Source: Patescibacteria group bacterium (GTDB taxonomy: Bacteria; Patescibacteriota; Patescibacteriia; JAHIZJ01). From it: a stretch of 64,000 nucleotides of DNA. The position numbers and the translations under genes were made by a program. The first letter of the stretch is position 1. The number at the start of each line of letters is the position of its first letter. The notes under the pieces are model-generated. The model did not search any database. It was given only the letters and a program-made list of their open reading frames with translations, and was not told the DNA's origin. Location: assembly GCA_028714495.1 (NCBI GenBank), contig JAQTMH010000002.1:7219-71218 (forward strand), in the 5' to 3' direction. Shown one piece after another: positions 1 to 9,227 of this stretch.

Positions 1-399
1 ATCTCTTCATCGTCTGCACCGCAACCATTGTCACCGTTCAGCATGGCGGCTTTATTGCCAAAATAATTCTCAACAGTTACACCATAATGCTGTGACCAAG
101 GATCGGTAATTAAATGACCAGCCGTATAACTTTGAAAATCGTCAGCATAAGGAATTCCCACGGTAGTAGTTGCTAATACGGGGGGCGTATTGTCTGGACT
201 GCAAAATTGTACTTCATTTTTAACGCCTTCATCTTCAAGGCTCGCCTCTCCCTTATAAACCTCCGTGGCTGTTTTATAAACAGCTTCTTCAGACGCGCTG
301 TGAGCGACTTGGGGTAAAATAAAGATGCTTAGACCGGAAAAATAAAATATCATTGCCAGCTGGGCCGTGATGTTAATTCCCTTGATCAATGTTCTTTTC
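1..399 (-). CDS. Partial CDS, N-terminal part of a secreted protein; start codon at 399-397, gene continues beyond the window start
   Basis: My own translation of the minus strand gives MKRTLIKGINITAQLAMIFYFSGLSIFILPQVAHSASEEA..., a signal-peptide-like N-terminus. The reading frame stays open to position 1. It is absent from the ORF track because there is no stop in the window. Confidence 0.4.
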
Positions 400-575
400 A
401 TAAGATTTATTACTAATTTTATAAGATTAATATACTAAAAACTAACCACGCAATGGTTAGCTAATACTAGCCTAATTTGTTGGTAATGAATATTTTTCAA
501 ATCTCTCGGCATTTATATATCAAATTTGTACTGATATAGCTTAACGAATGTCCACCATTTTGTCAAGTAAAAATG

Positions 576-1124
576 CTATTTGTTCTCGGAAGGTGTTTCT
601 TCCTGATTATTTTTGTGGTCAGATTTTTTTGGCCGGAAAAGCAGCCAAACTCCGAACACAATCAAAAATACCGGCCAGACTGTCCAATCGGCGATGGTGG
701 CGAAAAATATTATCAAGCTGACAGCCAATAAAATCCAAGCCGGCACAAGATACCCACGGTTTCTCTCACCCAACAGATAGGGAGCGAAAAAGGCCAGTGA
801 AATAATCAGGGTGTAAACGAAGCCAGTGTCTCCTTCATATTTCCAATCAGTAAACGACTGGAAAAAGAAAAACGCGCCCAGGCCCAAAAGAATCGTTCCC
901 GGTATTAATACTCCTTCAATTCCCCGCTGGTGACGCTTCGAAAAATACAACAGCCAAAATCCCAGACCCGGCACTGCCAAAAATATCGGCCAAAAATCAC
1001 CCAGATTGATATTTACTCCCAGTTCGTTTAACAGTAATACAACGCCGATTAGAATAATAATTACCCCCCAGACTGGGCGCATATCAAATCGTTTTTTCAA
1101 CATGTCGTTGTCCATGGTTTTCAT
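576..1124 (-). CDS. Integral membrane protein, hypothetical (multiple TM helices)
   Basis: ORF track 182 aa with several long hydrophobic segments (VWGVIIILIGVVLLL, FWPIFLAVPGLGFWLLYF, AWILLAVSLIIFFATI). Confidence 0.5.
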   Translation of the reverse strand: MKTMDNDMLKKRFDMRPVWGVIIILIGVVLLLNELGVNINLGDFWPIFLAVPGLGFWLLYFSKRHQRGIEGVLIPGTILLGLGAFFFFQSFTDWKYEGDTGFVYTLIISLAFFAPYLLGERNRGYLVPAWILLAVSLIIFFATIADWTVWPVFLIVFGVWLLFRPKKSDHKNNQEETPSENK

Positions 1125-1217
1125 GATAAATGATTATACCTATATCATAGCGCATTAAACGTTTGATGAAAAGAAAAAGGGGCTCGCCGGAATTTGATTC
1201 CATTGAGCCCCACGCGC

Positions 1218-2189
1218 TTACTCGGTGAAGGGATTACTGATGATTCGATCGCGGACGATTCCGCTGAATACCTCGCGGAACAGTCCATTTGGATCAACCA
1301 CCAGCCGCGACAGATTACGTATGTCTGTGCCGCTCTGAACCTGGATCAGCTTGGAAGCGTCTCCGGTTGCCCAGACTGGCGTGGCCGGACTGGCAGTCAA
1401 CTCTCCGCCATTCTTGGTCATCACCAGACGCGCCTGGCGATTCACGCGCCGAAACACATTCGGATCATTCCGGTGGCTCCATATGCCCCCGGCTTCGCTC
1501 ATTCGCTCTAGGCGATAACGTGCAGACTTGAGCGGCGGTTTGACCGCGCTGAACCACGCGACTTCCCAGGGAACATCCGCTACTTGGGTATTCGGCGTGT
1601 AGATCATTCTTCCGGTCCGAGGACGATTCGGATCATAGGGCCGGATACCGTGTCCGCCTGCCTGGACGTGGAAGGTTGGCCGCTGGGTAGTCGGATCAAT
1701 CCAGAGAGGCCGCACATTGTAAGCCATCCGACTTCTGGTTTGGACCCTCGCTTCCTCACGCGCTCCGAAATACCACCAGGCATGGAATACTGATGCTCCG
1801 GCCACCACCTGATCCTTCTGAGAGTCATACACCACCATGATCCATTCCAGATCCTGGGGATGCGATCCCATGCTGAAGGGCAGGTAGTACTTCTGGTCAA
1901 TCGGGTGATACAGTTGATAGACTACATACCAGTACCGATTTCCCTGGATTACTTCATAGTAGATCCAGGCCGGCATTTGCGGGATTTTCAGGGCGACTGC
2001 TGGATTCTGCGCCACGTGACTCCAATCTCCTTGAAAATCAACGCGGGTTAGTGCGTCAACTCGCTGTACCTTCTGACTTGTCCCCCCTGTATCATGATAG
2101 ATCAGGGGCGAGCAGGTCCGGTACACGATGCTCCAAAGCGTCCTTTGCGTCAGTGCCATGGAACTCACCCCTTTCAGGTAAGGCGCCAA
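1218..2189 (-). CDS. Hypothetical protein, Trp/Tyr-rich, in a locally G+C-rich segment
   Basis: ORF track 323 aa with protein-like composition (YWYVVYQLYHPIDQKYYLPF, WWYFGAREE). No family recognised. Overlapping plus-strand ORFs are likely antisense artefacts of the G+C-rich DNA. Confidence 0.4.
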   Translation of the reverse strand: MAPYLKGVSSMALTQRTLWSIVYRTCSPLIYHDTGGTSQKVQRVDALTRVDFQGDWSHVAQNPAVALKIPQMPAWIYYEVIQGNRYWYVVYQLYHPIDQKYYLPFSMGSHPQDLEWIMVVYDSQKDQVVAGASVFHAWWYFGAREEARVQTRSRMAYNVRPLWIDPTTQRPTFHVQAGGHGIRPYDPNRPRTGRMIYTPNTQVADVPWEVAWFSAVKPPLKSARYRLERMSEAGGIWSHRNDPNVFRRVNRQARLVMTKNGGELTASPATPVWATGDASKLIQVQSGTDIRNLSRLVVDPNGLFREVFSGIVRDRIISNPFTE

Positions 2190-2361
2190 AAACTCGACTT
2201 CTCACGTTGAGAAGCTTGTATACTTGTCAAGGTTCAATCGAATAACAGAGCATATTATCACCTTTTGGATTGTTTGTCAATATCAGCCGATTAGACATCA
2301 GTACTCGAACCCAATACTCACTGAACCGGGTAAAAGACGATATGCTATAATTACCATATCT

Positions 2362-3807
2362 ATGGATCCAACGGAAAAAACAATTAAAGGGGAATCGCGG
2401 GAAAAATGGTATACCCAGGGTTTTAACGCGGTGCCGGCCTTTATTGTACCGAGCGCCTGGAGTGGTTTTACCATGAAATCAACACTTGGATTTGGCTATT
2501 CCAAGTTTCTTTTTCATTTCAAAAATGATTATTGCGAAATGCGTTACTTAAAATCTGATATGCGCCGTAACTGGCTGAAGATACAAAAAATATTGAAAGT
2601 AAAGCCCGACTATTTTATCAAAATGAGGCGACTTTATAAATCAAGATTTCAGGAATATCTGACGGCTTTTTCATCTATCGATCGTCAGAATTTGGCTTCA
2701 TTGTCCGATCGTGAACTTTTTAACATGCTTAAACGTTGCGTAGAAGCCCAGATTGAATCGGTTGGTACAAGCCATCTGATTGAATCAGCGGGTTCTGCCC
2801 TGGAAGCTGAATTTGCCAAACATCTTACCGAAATAGTTCGTGATAAAAAAAAGTTTAATCTATGCTTTAGTATCTTAACCACTCCCACGGCTCTTTCGTT
2901 TGTCAGCCGGGAAGAACGCGACTTGCTGAAAATTAAAAAACTTAAGTATGGACGAAGGAACGCGGCCCTGAAGAGACACTATTTTCAATATCATTGGATT
3001 CGCAACAGCTACGTTGAAGAAAAAAAACTGTCAGTGGAATATTTTTCACGCCGGCTAGACAAGCTTCAACCCGCATCAACCAATCTAGCGGCACCCCGGC
3101 GAAAAAAGGCAAAGCTGATAAAAAAACTTAGCTTAAACCGCTCCGCCGTCCAGCTGATCAAATGGATTGATACTTGCACGATCTGGCAGGACGAAAGAAA
3201 AGAAAACGTCTTACGCTCTATCACCTATCTGGGGCGCGTATTAAATGAGATTAGCCGCCGCTCAGGCCTTCCTCGTAATTATCTGCACAATCTTAGTTCA
3301 CTGGAAATGCTGAAATTAAGCTCGGTCCGTGAGATTATATCGCTAAAAAATATTTTAGCAAAACGTTCACGAGGCTGTTTTATCCTGGCTAAACCAACCA
3401 GTGAAATATTTTTCTACGGGAAGAATTACAATGCCTTAGGCCAAGTCAAGAAGATTTCCTCCCAATCTCTAGTCGCCTCCAGCGATGAACTTCATGCTAC
3501 CACCGCCAACGTGGGCACGGCGATTGGTCGAGTCATTGTCTGTAAAGGCCTTGAATCCCTGAAAAAAGTAAAGCCTGGAGATATAATAGTCACCTCTATG
3601 ACGCGACCGGAATTCGCTCCGGCATTAAAAAGAGCCGCCGCCATCATTACGGACGAAGGCGGAATTACCTGCCATGCCGCTATTGTTGCTCGTGAGCTGG
3701 GCATACCCTGCGTCATCGGCGCAAAAATTGCCACAAAATTATTTAGAGACGGTATGATTGTTGAGGTCAGGGCAAACCACGGAATAGTAAAAATACTGAA
3801 GTACTAA
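2362..3807 (+). CDS. PEP-utilising enzyme mobile-domain protein (phosphoenolpyruvate synthase / rifampicin phosphotransferase-like C-terminus)
   Basis: C-terminus GDIIVTSMTRPEFAPALKRAAAIITDEGGITCHAAIVARELGIPCVIG is the PEP-utilising enzyme mobile (phospho-His) domain. I place the start at the internal ATG 2362 (MDPTEK...), not the upstream 2224. Confidence 0.6.
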   Translation: MDPTEKTIKGESREKWYTQGFNAVPAFIVPSAWSGFTMKSTLGFGYSKFLFHFKNDYCEMRYLKSDMRRNWLKIQKILKVKPDYFIKMRRLYKSRFQEYLTAFSSIDRQNLASLSDRELFNMLKRCVEAQIESVGTSHLIESAGSALEAEFAKHLTEIVRDKKKFNLCFSILTTPTALSFVSREERDLLKIKKLKYGRRNAALKRHYFQYHWIRNSYVEEKKLSVEYFSRRLDKLQPASTNLAAPRRKKAKLIKKLSLNRSAVQLIKWIDTCTIWQDERKENVLRSITYLGRVLNEISRRSGLPRNYLHNLSSLEMLKLSSVREIISLKNILAKRSRGCFILAKPTSEIFFYGKNYNALGQVKKISSQSLVASSDELHATTANVGTAIGRVIVCKGLESLKKVKPGDIIVTSMTRPEFAPALKRAAAIITDEGGITCHAAIVARELGIPCVIGAKIATKLFRDGMIVEVRANHGIVKILKY

Positions 3808-3875
3808 ATCCCATCACAAAAACGGGCGGCTCGTAACCACCCGTTTAAATATGTTTTTATTTGGTTTTTCTAAAT

Positions 3876-5309
3876 TTATATTACGATAACCGGCGTGCCT
3901 ACATCCACCCGGTCATAGACGATTTTCGATGCTGGCACTGGCAAGCGCACGCAACCGTGTGAAACCTTGCGACCGAGATGGTTCTCGCCTTCGTAATAAA
4001 CACCGCCGCCTTTTAATCTCCAGAAAGGCAATCCGTGAATCCCGTGTCCTTTGCTGGTGAACGCCATCCAGTTCGGCATATAAAGCTGGTAGGGTTTTGA
4101 GTAGGCCAGAGGCGCCTTGCTTAAAACCTTGTAAGTTCCGTGGGGCGTGTCCATACCGGGTTTGCCCGTGGAAACGGGATACTCGGCTATTTTAATTCCA
4201 TTTTCGTAATAATATAGCATCTGTTTTTCAGTATTGATCTCGATGTATTTTGCCAGGTCAATCCTGCCTTCGGCGATCCGGCGTCCAGGCAAGGTAAGTA
4301 TTTCGGCTTTTGAATCGCCCTGGATATCAGCCGCGGCGACTGAAACACCGCCTCGAAAATTCGTTTCATAGGCAAAGAAGTTTAGACCGAGCGCCTTGCC
4401 GTCGCCCTCAAAAGCCCTCACTTGCGGCCCACCCCCGGCGTTGGCTCCGGCTAGAACTTCATCTAAGCCATCGCCGTCAATGTCACCGCTGGCAACATTC
4501 ACTCCGCCAAGAAAATTTTCCGGGAAAGCCAAAAAGTCCCCCAGGATGGTTTTTTGTTCATTGGTTTTATATACCCTCACCCAAGCTTTGCCGTAAGCGT
4601 GGATTCCCATTACTATTTCTTCCTCTGTTCCGCCGTCAACATTGGCGCAGGCAACCGATACTCCGCCCTGATCAGTCGTATTAAACGGCCGGAAATCTAA
4701 GCCGGTATATTTGCCGTAGCGATCAAAGACCCTTACGTGCGGCTGGCTATTTACCCCTGAACCTACGACAATCTCCTTCTTGCCGTTTCCATCCACATCG
4801 CAGGCAGCTACTTGAATGCCTCCGTTATAATCAGTGGCAAAAGCGAAAAAGCCGGGAGTGAACTTCTCTTTGCCGGCGCCATCAAATATCCTGACCTGAG
4901 CGCCACCGCGAAAACGTGGCGCCGTGATTATTTCTTCCTGGCCATCGCCATCAAGATCTCCGGTTGCTATCTCAATCCCGCCTTGAAAACTTTCCGGGTA
5001 GGCGTAAAAGTTTGTTATCGGCGATCCGTCCAAGCGAAAAGTTCTAACTTGAGGTCCGCCGTATGGGCCAGCGCCGACAATAATCTCTTTAACGCCATCA
5101 CCGCCTAGATCGCCTACGGCCATCGAACCGCCCCCTTTAAATGTTTTTTCAAAGGCATAAAACTCTTTAACATTCTTCAGGGTCGAGCTGTCTGTTATTT
5201 TTAACAGAGGCTCCCGGGTAGTCGAAGCCAGCGCCGGCTCGGCAAACAAAAAAGCCGTACCGGCAAAGGCACCGCCTAAAATAAAAAGGGTTACTAAAAA
5301 TCTTTTCAT
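3876..5309 (-). CDS. Secreted FG-GAP/VCBS-repeat protein with C-terminal L,D-transpeptidase (YkuD) catalytic domain
   Basis: N-terminal signal peptide MKRFLVTLFILGGAFAGTAFLFA. Repeated GDLDGDG..EI..G..GGGPQVR units. C-terminal HGIHG...GRKVSHGCVRLP motif (His/Cys catalytic pair of L,D-transpeptidases). Confidence 0.7.
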   Translation of the reverse strand: MKRFLVTLFILGGAFAGTAFLFAEPALASTTREPLLKITDSSTLKNVKEFYAFEKTFKGGGSMAVGDLGGDGVKEIIVGAGPYGGPQVRTFRLDGSPITNFYAYPESFQGGIEIATGDLDGDGQEEIITAPRFRGGAQVRIFDGAGKEKFTPGFFAFATDYNGGIQVAACDVDGNGKKEIVVGSGVNSQPHVRVFDRYGKYTGLDFRPFNTTDQGGVSVACANVDGGTEEEIVMGIHAYGKAWVRVYKTNEQKTILGDFLAFPENFLGGVNVASGDIDGDGLDEVLAGANAGGGPQVRAFEGDGKALGLNFFAYETNFRGGVSVAAADIQGDSKAEILTLPGRRIAEGRIDLAKYIEINTEKQMLYYYENGIKIAEYPVSTGKPGMDTPHGTYKVLSKAPLAYSKPYQLYMPNWMAFTSKGHGIHGLPFWRLKGGGVYYEGENHLGRKVSHGCVRLPVPASKIVYDRVDVGTPVIVI

Positions 5310-5473
5310 TGTTTTTTTGTTTTTGTTTTATGTCCTCTTAACCATATGAGGCTGCGTGAGGGAAATCGGGGAAAGTGAGGCTAGGCATCGCAGTCTCTGG
5401 CGGACCCTTTGTGGGTCCTGAGGCTAGTATGACACCTAGCCTCTTTTTGTGTTTGTTTTGATTTCCCTCTGCT

Positions 5474-5502
5474 ATAATATTAGCAGATATTTGGAGTTTT
5501 GT
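5474..5502 (-). promoter_or_regulatory. Sigma70-like promoter (TTGACA-N17-TAATAT on minus strand) upstream of the FG-GAP/LDT gene; 5' UTR contains GAGGCTAG...CTAGCCTC hairpins
   Basis: Reverse complement reads TTGACAaaactccaaatatctgcTAATAT. It lies about 160 nt upstream of the start at 5309. Confidence 0.35.
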
Positions 5503-5537
5503 CAATCCCCCGCTCGCGGGCGGCTGGGTTGACCAAG

Positions 5538-6278
5538 CTATCCCCCATTTACATTTTTCAGCATAATAAATGAAATCATCGTCTCCAGTAATTTTGGTTT
5601 ATCTCGCCGGTTTGAAAAATATATTTTATCCAGGCAAAAGGTGCATTGTTTTGATAATCCAATGTTCTCTTTTTTAATTCCAGCAAATAAAAGCTGCTGG
5701 ACAATTATCCCTTCAAGATCAATAAAAATCTTTTCGCCTTTTTGTTCAATGCATTCTGAATAGGCCAGGTAGTGCGGTAAGGTTTCTGGTTTGATTTCGA
5801 AATGGCATTTACCAATACCCGGGCCAATCCCTACCAAAATATCTTTCTTCAAACTTTGGCAATAAATCGTGAGGGTTTTAATCAGATTGGGAACGACTCC
5901 GCCAACCACGCCTTTCCAACCGGCGTGCGCTAATCCGATGACTTTCTGAACCGGATCGTAAGCGTACACCGAAAAACAATCTGCGCTGGTAATCGCTAGC
6001 ACAACTCCGGTTAATTTTGTCACGACACCGTCAGCAACCGGCTGAGATTTTAATTCGTTTTGTTTATTTATAACCACAATGATGTTTCCATGCTCCATAT
6101 TTGGAAAAAATACCTGGTCAGAGTTAATCCCTTGCTTGCGAAAATAAACCTTCCGATTATTAAAATGCTCCGGTTTTGAGTAACCGGGCGTGGTATATCC
6201 CATTGAACCATCCGCTTGTTCAGTGATGCCGTAGACGATTTCTGGGTGCTTATTAAATAGATTAAATTTTAGGGGCAT
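5538..6278 (-). CDS. pgeF: Peptidoglycan editing factor PgeF / YfiH (DUF152, multicopper polyphenol oxidoreductase-laccase family)
   Basis: ITSADCFSVYAYDP...GLAHAGWKGVVGGVV matches the conserved Cys/His region of YfiH/PgeF. Confidence 0.7.
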   Translation of the reverse strand: MPLKFNLFNKHPEIVYGITEQADGSMGYTTPGYSKPEHFNNRKVYFRKQGINSDQVFFPNMEHGNIIVVINKQNELKSQPVADGVVTKLTGVVLAITSADCFSVYAYDPVQKVIGLAHAGWKGVVGGVVPNLIKTLTIYCQSLKKDILVGIGPGIGKCHFEIKPETLPHYLAYSECIEQKGEKIFIDLEGIIVQQLLFAGIKKENIGLSKQCTFCLDKIYFSNRRDKPKLLETMISFIMLKNVNGG

Positions 6279-6434
6279 ACCAGGGTAGATTAATCAGACA
6301 ACCTATTAACCTTTTAACTAAAAGGTTTTAATGATAAAATGTTTTACTGGCTTGCAATATTTATCCGAGTTTTGATATAATACACATGTTCTGGAGGGGC
6401 CTAGCCGTCCCTTCCAACCTCCGCCAGGGGTGTT

Positions 6435-6569
6435 CTTTCTCTCGGCTGCCGCCAGTTTTGGTGTGAGTAGTTGACCCTAGTCGCACGAGATTCCCGAAAT
6501 GGGAACCGCGCTAGTCGGTACCAAGCTCTGGGCACTCAGTACCCAACACCATTCTGGCGGCTCTTTTTT
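6435..6569. ncRNA. Candidate structured RNA / long hairpin (closing stem GCCGCCAG...CUGGCGGC, internal GGUUCCCAUUUCGGGAAUC hairpin, U-run on plus strand)
   Basis: Roughly 200-nt non-coding, G+C-rich stretch between pgeF and a NUDIX gene with extensive self-complementarity. I could not assign a family or strand. Confidence 0.2.
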
Positions 6570-7036
6570 TATTTTCCTGCTTCAAGGTAAATCGCTTGGC
6601 CCTTTTGAAGCGCTTCAAGACATTTTGGCAATCTCGTCTTAAAATTTTCGCTTAAGAGCCGTGAAGCTTCGTTTATCTCAACAAAGCGATATTCGCTTAT
6701 TTCATCTTTTGGAATTTTAATATTCTCAATTTGCCCGGGTTGTAGAATACCGCCGGAAAATATGAAATGTAGCGCTTCACTTTTTTCTTCTTTCGGATAA
6801 AAATAATCAACGCAGATAAATTCCAGCCGACCAAGCGACAATCCGGTTTCTTCTTTTACCTCTCTCAAACAGGCTTGCCTAGGAGATTCGTTTTCATCGG
6901 CTACGCCGCCAGGCAGCGACCAGTGATCTTTATATGTTGGCTTAACAATCAAAAGTCTCCCCTGCTCATCAAATATCAAAGCTCCGGCGCTGATTCTTTT
7001 TTTTGGTAAATTTTGATAGTAGTTTTTTATATCCAC
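6569..7036 (-). CDS. NUDIX hydrolase
   Basis: Nudix box GGVADENESPRQACLREVKEETGL (GX5EX7REVXEETG). Confidence 0.75.
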   Translation of the reverse strand: MDIKNYYQNLPKKRISAGALIFDEQGRLLIVKPTYKDHWSLPGGVADENESPRQACLREVKEETGLSLGRLEFICVDYFYPKEEKSEALHFIFSGGILQPGQIENIKIPKDEISEYRFVEINEASRLLSENFKTRLPKCLEALQKGQAIYLEAGK

Positions 7037-7105
7037 AGAGGATTCATCCCTTCCAAAGCATCCCCGAAAATTGAATTTTCGGGGACGTCATATAGTCTGC
7101 TAGTA

Positions 7106-7624
7106 CTAATTATTTCCACTAAATAATTTTATTGTTTTCTCGATTTCTTCTGGAATGCCCTTTATGCACTCGTACTTTTTTACTTCCTCCGCATTAACCC
7201 AGGCGTAATCTGAAAAAGCGCCATCTTCAGGTTTTGCTTCCCCGCTTTTATATTTCGCGGCGAATTTGACCAGAACCACTGGGATTTCATCAGGTCTGAC
7301 AAAGGCGACGCTGTTTATGTATTTTAAATCCCTTTCGATATCAACACCGCCCTCCTCTTTAACCTCTCTAACTAATAACTCTTCAACCGCGTTTTCATAA
7401 TCCAAAACATCGCCATTCAACCTTGTCGGTTTAGTGATATCCATCTGCCCCCATTCTAATTTACCGCCAGGCACGCAATATATGCCTGGATGCACTTTTT
7501 CCTGATTGCTCCGCTTGAGAATCAGGCATCTTTTATCGCTTTCTCGGTAAACCACAACATTCGCCACAAAGTAGAATAGTTTGTTTTCCTTGGCTTTTTG
7601 TAGACTTATTTTAGTTGCTGGCAT
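7106..7624 (-). CDS. NUDIX hydrolase (second of three tandem copies)
   Basis: GGKLEWGQ...ENAVEELLVREVKEEGGV Nudix box. I prefer the internal start MPATKISLQ at 7624 over 7708 because it avoids overlap with the upstream gene. Confidence 0.6.
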   Translation of the reverse strand: MPATKISLQKAKENKLFYFVANVVVYRESDKRCLILKRSNQEKVHPGIYCVPGGKLEWGQMDITKPTRLNGDVLDYENAVEELLVREVKEEGGVDIERDLKYINSVAFVRPDEIPVVLVKFAAKYKSGEAKPEDGAFSDYAWVNAEEVKKYECIKGIPEEIEKTIKLFSGNN

Positions 7625-7667
7625 ATAGTGTTTAATTGCCCTCTTTATTCTATGACGCTTTTTACTT

Positions 7668-8216
7668 TTATTTCCGCGTCCCGGAGAATTTGAATAGATT
7701 CTTAACAATCATTATTCCAAAAGCCGCGATTGTCGGGCTGTCTTTAATTAAACCCTTGATAATCATGTTCTGAAATTCTTTAAGCGTGGCTCTTTTCAAT
7801 TTCATCCCCTTTTCGCTTTCTTGCAATTCCCGCTTGCCCTGGGATAGCTTTGTAGCCAGAAAAACATGGCAAATTTGGGAAGCTAAGCCGGGGGCCAGGA
7901 ATAAGCGGCTTATTTCTCTTATCTTATGGGCGGTTAATCCGGTTTCTTCTCTTAACTCTTCCTTGGCGGTCTCGTTGATTGATTTATGCTCAAAGTGTCC
8001 CTGGGGAAATTCCCACGAGAATTTATCAACCGGATAGCGGTATTGCCCGACCAAAAATAAATGGCGTCCGTTCCAAGGGATAATCAGGGCGAATGGTTTT
8101 TTACGCACTACTCCAAAGGTAAATTTCTTTCCAAACTCCGTAACCACCCGATCTTCCGCAACCTCCATCCAGTTATTTCTATAGATTGTTTTTGATGAAA
8201 GTTTTTTCCATTTCAT
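7668..8216 (-). CDS. NUDIX hydrolase (ADP-ribose pyrophosphatase-like)
   Basis: PQGHFEHKSINETAKEELREETGL Nudix box. Confidence 0.7.
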   Translation of the reverse strand: MKWKKLSSKTIYRNNWMEVAEDRVVTEFGKKFTFGVVRKKPFALIIPWNGRHLFLVGQYRYPVDKFSWEFPQGHFEHKSINETAKEELREETGLTAHKIREISRLFLAPGLASQICHVFLATKLSQGKRELQESEKGMKLKRATLKEFQNMIIKGLIKDSPTIAAFGIMIVKNLFKFSGTRK

Positions 8217-8219
8217 GAA

Positions 8220-9122
8220 CTAATAAATTAAATTAATTGGATCGCCCTTGATATAAGCTTCAATATTATCAATCATCATTTTGTTCCCCACCCGGTCAGT
8301 AACATCAGTGTTGTGAGCAATATGCGGAGTGGCTAGCACTTTCGAGTGTTTGGCATATTTTATGTATGATTCGTTATGGACATCACCGAACTGAATTGAA
8401 CCGCAGTCGCTGGCAATACCGGCCAGTTTTCCTTTATCTAGGGCTCCAAACATCGCTTTTTCATCATATATTTCCGAGCTTGTTACTGTGATAAAATACG
8501 AACCCTTTTTGAATGAATTGAAAAAATTCCTATCTAGCAGCCCTTTTGTACTTTCGTTTAAACTTAAAGCGTCAACCACAATATCAGCATCTTCTATTGA
8601 ATTGATTAAATCATCACCCCGAAGAAAAAATTTAACGTTCATATCGAATGATTCGCATATTTTACCAACTCTCGAACCAACATTTCCTTTACCTAAAATC
8701 GTGATATTCTTCCCGGTTAATCCTTTTGATGCCTCCGGTCGCCTAGTCTTCAAATTAAGAACATTGAGATAATTAGGCAATTCCCTAAACAAATTTAAAA
8801 TCATCGCAACTATCCACTCGCTAACAGCATCTTTATTACAGCCCGGACATCTGGATACTTTAATATTTCGAGCTTTTAATCTTTCGAGATCAAAAAATCC
8901 AACTCCTACAAAAGGTAAAGAAATAAAAATATCTTTTAGCTCATATACCTTTTGCTTTAAACCAAATTTTCCCGTACAAATAATATCAGCATTTTTACAT
9001 CTTTCTAGCCACTCGTCTGGTGTTTCGGCTAAGTCCTCATAATATTCAACTGTCCCTAATTTATTTAGTCTTTCCCTCTCCTCATTATTTAAATTTAAAT
9101 TTTGGGCGATTACGATTTTCAT
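8220..9122 (-). CDS. D-isomer-specific 2-hydroxyacid dehydrogenase family protein (NAD-binding)
   Basis: Rossmann motif ITILGKGNVGSRVG and catalytic-region ATPHIAHNT typical of D-2-hydroxyacid dehydrogenases. Confidence 0.7.
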   Translation of the reverse strand: MKIVIAQNLNLNNEERERLNKLGTVEYYEDLAETPDEWLERCKNADIICTGKFGLKQKVYELKDIFISLPFVGVGFFDLERLKARNIKVSRCPGCNKDAVSEWIVAMILNLFRELPNYLNVLNLKTRRPEASKGLTGKNITILGKGNVGSRVGKICESFDMNVKFFLRGDDLINSIEDADIVVDALSLNESTKGLLDRNFFNSFKKGSYFITVTSSEIYDEKAMFGALDKGKLAGIASDCGSIQFGDVHNESYIKYAKHSKVLATPHIAHNTDVTDRVGNKMMIDNIEAYIKGDPINLIY

Positions 9123-9227
9123 ATCATTTTATAAACGCTATTATTTCCCATGACACCCCGCATAACTCCACTGTACCGATGGCTTAGCACTCTGGTACAG
9201 GGTCGTTTGTGGGACAAGCTTTTTAGT

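Noticed and set aside
4310-5108. Plus-strand ORFs (124, 66, 98 aa) inside the FG-GAP/L,D-transpeptidase gene
   Set aside because: Antisense to a gene with clear signal peptide and catalytic motifs. Arg/Pro-rich products.
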